From Methylibium sp. (lineage in GTDB: Bacteria > Pseudomonadota > Gammaproteobacteria > Burkholderiales > Burkholderiaceae_C): 64,000 nucleotides of DNA. A program made the translations under genes and the position numbers. Below the pieces are notes generated by a model, which saw only the letters and a list, made by a program, of their open reading frames with translations, had not been told where the DNA came from and did not search any database. Below, piece after piece: positions 1-7,968 of the stretch. Each line of letters begins with the position of its first letter. The stretch's first letter is position 1. The DNA is taken from NCBI GenBank assembly GCA_031378125.1, contig JANNDW010000285.1:3437-67436 (forward strand), given 5' to 3'.

Positions 1-1230
1 CACCACCACGGCGGGCCGCGCCGCCTCTCGCGCCAGGGCGGCCCTGGGGCTTGCAACAGGCGCGGGCGCAGGCGCAGGCGACGGTGTCGACGTCGGGCGC
101 CGCGTCAACGGCGCTGGCGTATCGGCCTGCCCCTGTGGGCGAAACGCCAGCATGCGCAACAACACCATCACCAGGCCGCTGTATTCATCCGGCGCCAATA
201 CCAGTTCGGCACGGCCGTGCAGCACGATGCTGTAGAGCAACTGGGTCTCGTCGGGCGCCATCGAAGCGGCCAGGCGCGCCAGCGTGGGCCCGTCGGTGTC
301 GGATCCATGGCCGCCATCCGGCACCGCCTGAAGCACCGCCATTTGCTGCAACAAGGTGGCCAGCTCTTCCAGCGTGCCGGTGGCTGACAGGCCCAGCCCG
401 CGCAGCGCATCGACGGCTGCCACCACGGCCGCCCCCTCCCCCGCCGCCAGGGCTTCGACGATGCGCACCGCATGGCTGCGGTCGACCGCGCCGAGCATTT
501 CACGCACGCCGGCCTCGGACAACACCCCGGCGCCGAACGCGATGGCCTGGTCGGTGAGCGACAGCCCGTCGCGCATCGAACCGCGCGCGGCCCGCGCCAG
601 CAAACGCAGTGCGCCCGGCTCGGCGGGGATTTGTTCCTGGGCCAGCAGGTCGACCAGGTGCGCCTGCACCGTCTGCGGCGCCATCGGCCGCAGGTTGAAT
701 TGCAGGCAGCGCGACAACACCGTGGGCGGCACCTTTTGCGGGTCGGTGGTGGCAAGCACGAATTTCAAGTAGTCGGGCGGCTCTTCCAGCGTCTTGAGCA
801 TGGCGTTGAACGCCGTCGTCGACAGCATGTGCACTTCATCGATCATGTAGACCTTGAAGCGGCCCAACACCGGCTTGTAGACCGCCTGGTCGAGCAGCTG
901 GGTGATCTCTTCCACGCCACGATTGGACGCGGCGTCGAGCTCGATGTAGTCAACGAAGCGGCCGATGTCGATGTCGCGACAAGCATCGCATTGCCCGCAC
1001 GGCTTGGCCGTGATGCCGCCGGTGCCGTCGGCTCCGGTGCAGTTGAGCGATTTGGCGAGAATGCGCGCAACGGTCGTCTTGCCCACACCGCGGGTGCCGG
1101 TGAACAGGTAAGCGTGATGCAGGCGCTGCTGCGTCAGGGCATTCGCCAAGGCCTGCACCACGTGCTCCTGCCCGACCAGGGTCTCGAAGCTGAGCGGGCG
1201 GTACTTGCGGGCCAGGACGCGGTAGGACAT
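1..1230 (-). CDS. dnaX: DNA polymerase III subunit gamma/tau (N-terminal and central part; 3' end runs off the left window edge)
   Basis: Own minus-strand translation from ATG (cat at 1228-1230): MSYRVLARKYRPLSFETLVGQEHVVQAL... Motifs seen: Walker A GTRGVGKTT, Zn module CGQCDACRDI, DEVHML, VLSRCLQFNL, then an Ala/Pro-rich linker. Absent from the ORF track because the frame stays open to position 1. Confidence 0.93.
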   Translation of the reverse strand, partial: MSYRVLARKYRPLSFETLVGQEHVVQALANALTQQRLHHAYLFTGTRGVGKTTVARILAKSLNCTGADGTGGITAKPCGQCDACRDIDIGRFVDYIELDAASNRGVEEITQLLDQAVYKPVLGRFKVYMIDEVHMLSTTAFNAMLKTLEEPPDYLKFVLATTDPQKVPPTVLSRCLQFNLRPMAPQTVQAHLVDLLAQEQIPAEPGALRLLARAARGSMRDGLSLTDQAIAFGAGVLSEAGVREMLGAVDRSHAVRIVEALAAGEGAAVVAAVDALRGLGLSATGTLEELATLLQQMAVLQAVPDGGHGSDTDGPTLARLAASMAPDETQLLYSIVLHGRAELVLAPDEYSGLVMVLLRMLAFRPQGQADTPAPLTRRPTSTPSPAPAPAPVASPRAALAREAARPAVVV

Positions 1231-1322
1231 GCATTCATTCTACGGGTGGCCCATACGGCCACGCCTCGGGCCTGCCGGATAATCCCGGCTCTTGCCATTC
1301 CCGTCTTGCATGCCTTCGAACC

Positions 1323-2453
1323 ATGAGCGCCACGCCCCCGTCCATCCGCCACGACTCGACGCTCAGCTACGAGCAAGCCGGCGTCAACTACGACCTGATC
1401 GACCCGTTGAAAGTGGCCGCGCAGCGCGCCGCGGCCGCCACCGGCGTGCACCTTCGAGCCCATGGCTTCAGCGAAGTGGCGGCGTCGCGCGGCGAGTCGG
1501 CCTATGTGGTCGATGTGGGCCCGTTTTATCTGGCCTCGATCGTGGAATGCCTGGGTTCGAAGGCGCTGGTCGCCGACGAGATGCATCGACTCACCGGCAA
1601 GAGTTACTACGCCGCCATTGCGCAGGACACGCTGGCAATGGCGATCAACGACCTGATCACCGTGGGCGCCACGCCGCTGGTCGTGCAGGCCTATTGGGCG
1701 GCCGGCGGTTCGGAATGGTTCGCCGACGCGCAACGTGCGAATGCGCTGGTCGACGGCTGGAAGCGCGCCTGCGACCTTTGCGGCGTGGCCTGGGGCGGTG
1801 GAGAAACACCTGCGCTGGCCGGCATCGTGGCCGATGGCCGAATCGACCTGGCCGCGTCATGCACGGGGATCATCAACCCCAAGGAGCGTTTGTCGGTCGG
1901 CGACCGCCTTGCGCCCGGCGACACGATCGTGCTGCTGGAGTCCAGCGGTATCCACGCCAACGGCCTGAGCCTGGCGCGCAAGCTGGTCGAGCGCCTGCCG
2001 CACGCTTATCTGACACCGGTGTTGCCCGGCCTGAGCTATGGCGACGCGCTGCTCGCGCCGACCCTGCTTTATTCGCCGATCACCGAAGCGCTGTACAAGG
2101 CCGGCATCACACCGCACTACTGCGCCAACATCACCGGCCACGGCTGGCGCAAGCTGCTGCGCCACCCTGCCCTCCACAGCTACCGCATCCACACCCTGCC
2201 CGAGGTCCCACCGGTGCTGAAATTCATTCAGCAGCACGCCCGCCAGAGCGATCGCGAGGCTTACAGCACGCTCAACATGGGGGCGGGGTTTGCATTGTTC
2301 GTGGCCGCCGGCGATGCCGAGCGAACGGTCGAAGTCGCGCAGGCGCTCGGCGTGAAGGCGCTGGTCGCGGGACGGGTGGAAGCAGGCCCCAAGAAACTGC
2401 TGATCGAGCCGCTGGACATCGAGTTCGGGGATGACGCGCTGCGGCTGCGTTGA
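1323..2453 (+). CDS. AIR synthase-related (PurM-like) protein, paralogue of unknown role
   Basis: 376-aa ORF. N-terminus SYEQAGVNYDLIDPLK resembles the PurM start (YKDAGVDID). It has a Gly-rich PurM N/C two-domain layout and a GITPHYCANITGHGW region. No other pur genes are nearby. Confidence 0.6.
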   Translation: MSATPPSIRHDSTLSYEQAGVNYDLIDPLKVAAQRAAAATGVHLRAHGFSEVAASRGESAYVVDVGPFYLASIVECLGSKALVADEMHRLTGKSYYAAIAQDTLAMAINDLITVGATPLVVQAYWAAGGSEWFADAQRANALVDGWKRACDLCGVAWGGGETPALAGIVADGRIDLAASCTGIINPKERLSVGDRLAPGDTIVLLESSGIHANGLSLARKLVERLPHAYLTPVLPGLSYGDALLAPTLLYSPITEALYKAGITPHYCANITGHGWRKLLRHPALHSYRIHTLPEVPPVLKFIQQHARQSDREAYSTLNMGAGFALFVAAGDAERTVEVAQALGVKALVAGRVEAGPKKLLIEPLDIEFGDDALRLR

Positions 2454-2570
2454 TCCGCGCGATGGTTCGCGCGCCGGCTTTCGCCGCGGCCTGTGGGATC
2501 AGGGTCATTGAAGGCCTCGCCTACAATTGGCCCCGACGGGCCTCCTCGCATGGAAGCGCGGCCAACCGGG

Positions 2571-4457
2571 TCAGGTCGGGAACGAAGCAGCCCCAACCGT
2601 TGTGACCAGTGCCGAGGCAAGGCTCGTCACCCCGCCGGCCGGCGCTTGTTCGGTGCCCGCGGACACCACAGCGCCGCCATTCTTGATGGCGTTGCGGGCG
2701 CTTTGAACCGCATCCTCAACGTCGCGCAAGTTGATCTTCAGCGCACGCGCGTAGCGCTGCGCAATCACCTCCAGCGCGCGGGTGGCGCGAGCCGGTGGCA
2801 GTTGGCTGATGGCATCCACCACCTCGTTGGCAGCGCTGGCGGTTTTGCACAGCGCGTCGACGTCGCTTTGGATCGAACGAACCCGCTGGTCACTGGGGAC
2901 GCGGTGAATCATCTGCGCCAACTCAGGCCCGAGCCCCCAATGGCGGGCAACGGCGGCGCCAACGCCTTCCGGGTCCACCCCCAGCACGGCAAACGAAGCG
3001 GCTGCCTCGCTCATGGCGGGGGCGCCAGGCATCTCGGTGGGTGTGGCGCTGCCCGGATCCGCACCCGCGGTCAACTGCTGGATCTGCTCAGCCTCTTCGG
3101 GGAAGTGGTACCGCACCATCAAGCGCCCCAGGTTTTGCAACAGGGTGATCAAGTAGATCACCTCGGGGTCGTAACCCGCCGGTCGCAGGGCCTGCGCCAC
3201 GTGGCCGGCCAGGCGCACCCGATCCATCAAGCGTTTCAATTCCAGCGCCGCTGGCTCCGCCAACGGCCCGGGCCAGCGGCGCAAGCTGTTGGCGGCCTGG
3301 CGCACACCGTTGACACCCAACAGCGCAATGCTGCGCCGGATCGTCAACACCGCGCCGTTGCCGGCGGTCTGGGTGTTGCGCACCAGGGCCGAGTTGACCT
3401 GGCGCAGCAGCTCCAGGCTGAGCGCCATGTCTTGCAGCAGCTCGGTGACCATCGTGTCGGTGTGCTGGCCCTCCGAGGCGATCAGCCTTTCGACCTTGGC
3501 GCTCACGCCGGGCAGCGCCGGGAGGTGGCCGACGCTGCGCAGCCGATCGAGCAGCAGGGCCAGCGGGCCGCCGTTGTCTTCGGACTGGGTTTGTTGCCAG
3601 CCGGTGAGCGCGCGCAGCAGGGTGCGGGCGTTCAGATAGCGTTGGCGTTCATGGTTGGCCGTGCTTCGATTGGCGATCGCCCGCAACGCGGCCGCAATGG
3701 GGTGCGGCGTGGTCCAGGGCAGGTGCACGATCTCGCGCCCCAGCGGTGCCATGCGGGCAATGGCGCGCGCCGTGTCGGGCTGTTCCAGCGGCGGCTGCCC
3801 CGTCAACAAGCGATGCAGCAGCAGGCCGCAGGCCAGCACATCGCGTTCGCCGGCCTTGCGCTGCGCCATCAGACCTTGCGAATCGGCGAGCGCTTGCCCG
3901 GCGGGCTCGTGGTGCAGCTTGCCCAGCTGCGCCGCTTCGATGCCGCTCATGTCGCCGGCGCTGGCCAGGGCCATCAAGCGCAGCTTGCCTTGATCGGTGA
4001 CGAGCAGGTTGTGCAGTTGCAGATCGTTGTGCGAACAGCCCGATTCGTGTGCGAAAGCCAGGCCTTCAAGTGCCTGGCTCAGCCAGTCCACGCTTTCCAT
4101 CGGTGTTGGCGGCGGGTGCAGGGCCAGCCACTCACCGAGCGTCAGCCCCAGCTGGCGCTCGACCAGCACGTAAGGCCAGTTGTCCTGCACACCGACTTCG
4201 AGCACGGGTGCCAGGTTGGGGTGCTCCAGGCGTGCGGCTTTGCGCGCTTCACGGCTCCACAGCTCCAGGGCCACCGGGTCGTCGGGCTGCAGGCGCGGCG
4301 CGACGATCATCACCTCCTGGTCCCGCTGCGGGTCGAAGGCCAGCCACACGGTTGTGCCGACACTCTTGCCGAGCCGCTGGCGCAGCACAAAGCGGCCGAA
4401 TGCATGCGCCGGGCCATCGGCTCGGGGCAGGGTCGAAGGCGGTGCGGAAGTGACCAT
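2571..4457 (-). CDS. Ser/Thr protein-kinase-like (apparently degenerate) domain fused to a C-terminal HDOD domain
   Basis: 628 aa. N-terminal kinase fold signatures: LGKSVGTTVW, LEHPNLAPV, and catalytic-loop variant SHNDLQLHN at 4008..4031. The C-terminal half is HDOD-like: LPALPGVSAKVERL...LLQDMALSLELLRQVNSA...SIALLGVNGVRQ. Confidence 0.7.
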   Translation of the reverse strand: MVTSAPPSTLPRADGPAHAFGRFVLRQRLGKSVGTTVWLAFDPQRDQEVMIVAPRLQPDDPVALELWSREARKAARLEHPNLAPVLEVGVQDNWPYVLVERQLGLTLGEWLALHPPPTPMESVDWLSQALEGLAFAHESGCSHNDLQLHNLLVTDQGKLRLMALASAGDMSGIEAAQLGKLHHEPAGQALADSQGLMAQRKAGERDVLACGLLLHRLLTGQPPLEQPDTARAIARMAPLGREIVHLPWTTPHPIAAALRAIANRSTANHERQRYLNARTLLRALTGWQQTQSEDNGGPLALLLDRLRSVGHLPALPGVSAKVERLIASEGQHTDTMVTELLQDMALSLELLRQVNSALVRNTQTAGNGAVLTIRRSIALLGVNGVRQAANSLRRWPGPLAEPAALELKRLMDRVRLAGHVAQALRPAGYDPEVIYLITLLQNLGRLMVRYHFPEEAEQIQQLTAGADPGSATPTEMPGAPAMSEAAASFAVLGVDPEGVGAAVARHWGLGPELAQMIHRVPSDQRVRSIQSDVDALCKTASAANEVVDAISQLPPARATRALEVIAQRYARALKINLRDVEDAVQSARNAIKNGGAVVSAGTEQAPAGGVTSLASALVTTVGAASFPT

Positions 4458-4616
4458 TGGAGCCAGGATGGAAGACCGCTTTCATTGGAACGCCGAGCAA
4501 GGGTCCGGGATGGGCCGATCAGGCCGGCGTATCACCTCCATTTCTGTGTGGCCCCTCCTGGAGGAGGCAGCGCACGCCATCCAACACCCGGTATACCGTC
4601 TCGCGTGGGCCCGAAA

Positions 4617-7600
4617 TCAATCGACCTCGACCACCGCACCCGCCCCGGTGATGAAGGCGCTGCGAACCCGTTCGCCCGGCTGCAGGCGCTGCACGGCCTG
4701 CCGATAGCGCAACAACTGCTGCCGGTACTCGGCAAGCGCCTCGGGCTGGTGCTCCAGCTTGTAGTCCAGCACCCACCAGACCGGTTGTCCAGTTCCATCG
4801 CCTTCGTGCAGCGCCACCAGCCTGTCCAGCCGCAACGTTTCGCCGCCGTCGCTGACCGACACCTCGCTGCCCGCCCAATGCAGCCGGGCCGTGTCGAAGA
4901 AGCGGGCGCATTCCGGGCTGTGCCAGATGCGCTGGGCAATGCGCAACACATCGGCAACCGGCGCCGCGAACTCCTGGGCGGCGGCCTCGGCCAGCGTTGC
5001 CAGCATGGCCGGCGCAGGCTCCGGCCGCTGGCTGGCCCACTCCAGAACGCGGTGCACCGCCGATCCGAGGCGGGTGGATGGGCTGGCAGCGTCGGAGCGT
5101 GGCGCCCCTTGCCGGGCCGGTGTTGCCGTTTGCGCCGCCGCGGTCAGCCGCGGCAAGGCCAACATGGAGAAGGTTTCCACGCGCGCTGGCGGCGCGACGT
5201 CGGGGTCGATGCGCGCCGGTTCCCAGCGCGTGGCCATCGCTTCGACTCGCTGCCACCAGCTCGGCCCGTCGGCCCTGCGCAGCGGCTCGGTCGCGCTGAA
5301 CACCAGGCGTTCCCGGGCACGGGTCATCGCCACGTACAGGCCGTTCAGCTCTTCGCGCCGTCGAGCGGCCACTTCCTGTTGCCGCAATCCGGCCAGCGAC
5401 GGCGGGCAGCGGGCTTGCGCTTCCGAATACAAGAAGGCGCAACGCAACGGGTGGTCCACCTGCGCCGGCCAGTCGATCAGCAAGGTGGCGGTGTCGGCGT
5501 TCTGGACTTCCGGATCGCTGTCCATCACAAAAACGACCTGCGCCTCCAAACCCTTGGCGCCGTGAATCGTCAGCAACTGGACGGCGTCTTGCTGCGGCGC
5601 AACCGCCACCTCCAGCGCGCGCCGTTTCAGCGCCCGCACAAAGCGGTAGGGCGTGGCATAGCGCCCACCGTCCAGCGTCAGGGCCAGTCCCAGCACGGCG
5701 TCGATGGCGCCGAGCGCGGCGCGTCGGCGTTCGGCGCTGACGGTGGCTGCCACCCGCTCGCGCAGCTCACCCTGGTCGATGATGCGGTCCAGCAGGTCGT
5801 GCGGCGGCAGCTGGGCGGCGCCCGCGTGCCAGCCTTGCAACAGCACCCGGGCGCGGTCCAGCGCCGGGCTGGTGGGCGGCAGCGCCATCAAGGCCCGCCA
5901 CCAGTGGCCATCGGCCGCCGCGGCAAGCGCCAGCACCACCAGGTCGTCATCGCTGACGCCGAACACCGGGCTGCGCAGCGCGTGCGCCAGCGACAGGCTC
6001 TGCATGGGTGAGGCCAGCGCATCGAGCAACGCCAGCAGATCGCGCGCCTCGGGGGAGTCGCTCAACGGGAGTTTTTCGGCGGCGGCGAACGGCAGGTGCA
6101 CCGCCGCCAGCGCGTCGGCGACAAGGCGCAGCGACGCACGCTTGCGGCTCAGCACATGGATGTCGCCTGGCTTGATGCCGTCGTGTTGCACCAGCGCCAG
6201 AATCGCCGCGGCCACCTGCCGCGCTTCTTGCAAGCGCAGCACTTCTTCGGCTTCGCGCCGCGGGGTATTCAGGCTGTCGCGCCAGGGCCTGGGCTCGTCG
6301 GCATCGGTCTTGTCCGCCTTGTCCAGCTTCGGCGGTCGCGCTGTGCGCGGCAAGACCCAGATGCCCGCACCCGGTGTGGTGCTCAGCTCGGTCGTGTGCT
6401 GGCGGAACCCGCTGAATTCGCCACCCGCCTGCGCCTGCTCGAACAGCGGATTCAGCCCGGCCAACACCTGCGGCGCATTGCGGCGGGTGTGATCGCACTC
6501 CAGCACAGACCCCAGCAAGCCGGCGGCGACGAACTCGCGTGCGGCTTCAAATACCCGTGGCTCGGCGCGGCGAAATCGATAGATGCTCTGCTTCGGGTCA
6601 CCGACGATGAACACTCCCGGCGGCCGTTGCCCGCTGCCGCCGCCGCCTGCGCCGGCATAGCCGGCCAGCCATGCATGCAACGCGTGCCATTGCAGCGGGC
6701 TGGTGTCCTGAAATTCGTCGATCAGCACGTGGCGAATGCGCGCGTCCAGGCGCTCCTGAACCCAGCCGGACAGACTGGCATCGCGCAGCAACGCCAGCGC
6801 ACAGCGCTCCAGGTCGGCCATGTCGGCCAGGCCGCGCGCGCGCTTGTGGTCGGCAAACTCGGCCAGCAGCACGCGGGTCAGCCGGACCATGCGCAAATGC
6901 TCTTCATGCGCCTGCTGCTGCTCACACGCCAGCTGCACGCGGTTGAGCAATGCCACCAACTCCGGCAGGCCGGGCACGTCCAGCTTCTTGCGAAGTTCGC
7001 CCTTCGTCAACAGGGCCTCGCGGGCGGCGATCAAGAGGTATCGGCTGTCCTCGATTGCCGTGGCTTGCTCCAGCAAGGCCCCGCGTTGCTGCGGTATCGC
7101 GCCCTTTTGCCGCCCGAGCGCCCGCGCCACACTCAAGAGCAGCGCTTGCGCAGCCGGGTCGCGAACAAGCTCGGAGGGTGGCTGCCCGGCGGCGAACTCC
7201 GGCCCCATTGCCGCGCCATCCGGCACGCTGCCCTCCAGCGTGCCGGCAGCGTCGGCGAGCTCGAACTCGATTCGCTTGTCCCAGGCCGCGTTCAACCACT
7301 TGCCCACCTGGGAGCGGCCACGCGACATCATCAACGCGTCATGGTCGGCTCGCAAAACGCCGTCTGTCAGCACGCGAACTCGAAACCGCTGCAGCACAGC
7401 GCGTTTGTGATCGGAAAGGTCCTCGATCAGCCCCATGTCGGGCTGCAATTTCAGCTCGGCCAGCATGTCCCGCGGAGCGGCTCGCAACAACTGCGAAAAC
7501 CAGGCGTGAAAGGTGAGGATCTCGACCGGCCGACCCGTGCGCAGCACGCGCTCCTGCAGGGCGGCGAGGAGGGGCGCCGCGGCGCGAGCGCGCGCGGCGT

Positions 7601-7910
7601 CCAGGCCACGCTGGCACAGCGCTTCAACTCGCTCCGCCTCAGAGCACTCGGGTGACGCATACCTGGCCAGCCATTGGTTCAGACGCGAGCGCATTTCGCC
7701 CGCAGCCTTGCGGGTGAATGTGATGGCCAGAATCTCCTGCGGTTGGGCGCCGTCGAGCAGGGCCCTCAGGATGCGCGACACCAGCATCCAGGTCTTGCCC
7801 GACCCGGCGCAGGCCTCCACCACCACGCTGCGCGCAGGGTCGCAGGCCAGCGCGTAGAACGCGCCGCGGTCACTGAGCCGACCGTCAATTCGATAGGCGG
7901 GCCCGCTCAT
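4617..7910 (-). CDS. addA: AddA-type UvrD-family helicase/nuclease (double-strand break repair)
   Basis: Motif I CAGSGKTWMLVSRI, ITFTRKAAGEM, DEFQDTSP, C-terminal PD-(D/E)XK element WWVLDYKLE. Start moved to ATG 7910 (MSGPAYRIDG), preceded by GGAG. The longer track ORF (to 8138) would overlap addB. Confidence 0.88.
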   Translation of the reverse strand: MSGPAYRIDGRLSDRGAFYALACDPARSVVVEACAGSGKTWMLVSRILRALLDGAQPQEILAITFTRKAAGEMRSRLNQWLARYASPECSEAERVEALCQRGLDAARARAAAPLLAALQERVLRTGRPVEILTFHAWFSQLLRAAPRDMLAELKLQPDMGLIEDLSDHKRAVLQRFRVRVLTDGVLRADHDALMMSRGRSQVGKWLNAAWDKRIEFELADAAGTLEGSVPDGAAMGPEFAAGQPPSELVRDPAAQALLLSVARALGRQKGAIPQQRGALLEQATAIEDSRYLLIAAREALLTKGELRKKLDVPGLPELVALLNRVQLACEQQQAHEEHLRMVRLTRVLLAEFADHKRARGLADMADLERCALALLRDASLSGWVQERLDARIRHVLIDEFQDTSPLQWHALHAWLAGYAGAGGGGSGQRPPGVFIVGDPKQSIYRFRRAEPRVFEAAREFVAAGLLGSVLECDHTRRNAPQVLAGLNPLFEQAQAGGEFSGFRQHTTELSTTPGAGIWVLPRTARPPKLDKADKTDADEPRPWRDSLNTPRREAEEVLRLQEARQVAAAILALVQHDGIKPGDIHVLSRKRASLRLVADALAAVHLPFAAAEKLPLSDSPEARDLLALLDALASPMQSLSLAHALRSPVFGVSDDDLVVLALAAAADGHWWRALMALPPTSPALDRARVLLQGWHAGAAQLPPHDLLDRIIDQGELRERVAATVSAERRRAALGAIDAVLGLALTLDGGRYATPYRFVRALKRRALEVAVAPQQDAVQLLTIHGAKGLEAQVVFVMDSDPEVQNADTATLLIDWPAQVDHPLRCAFLYSEAQARCPPSLAGLRQQEVAARRREELNGLYVAMTRARERLVFSATEPLRRADGPSWWQRVEAMATRWEPARIDPDVAPPARVETFSMLALPRLTAAAQTATPARQGAPRSDAASPSTRLGSAVHRVLEWASQRPEPAPAMLATLAEAAAQEFAAPVADVLRIAQRIWHSPECARFFDTARLHWAGSEVSVSDGGETLRLDRLVALHEGDGTGQPVWWVLDYKLEHQPEALAEYRQQLLRYRQAVQRLQPGERVRSAFITGAGAVVEVD

Positions 7911-7968
7911 CAGGCAAGCTCCGTGCTTCGCACTGCGGTATTCGCCTTGGGGCGGCCTGGCGTGCTCA

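Noticed and set aside
1-1230. Programmed -1 frameshift site (A AAA AAG type) in dnaX
   Set aside because: No heptanucleotide slippery run is visible in the part of dnaX inside this window. The gene's 3' end is outside the window, so this cannot be settled.
1231-1322. Looked for an SRP (4.5S) RNA gene upstream of dnaX, an arrangement common in some bacteria
   Set aside because: The 92-bp spacer lacks the conserved SRP domain IV sequence (GGAAGCAGCC-type core) and is too short.
2493-6011. 1172-aa plus-strand ORF spanning the kinase/HDOD and addA loci
   Set aside because: Arg/Ala/Gly/Pro-rich low-complexity translation with no recognisable motifs. It is antisense to two genes with clear family signatures, so it is a typical high-GC shadow ORF.
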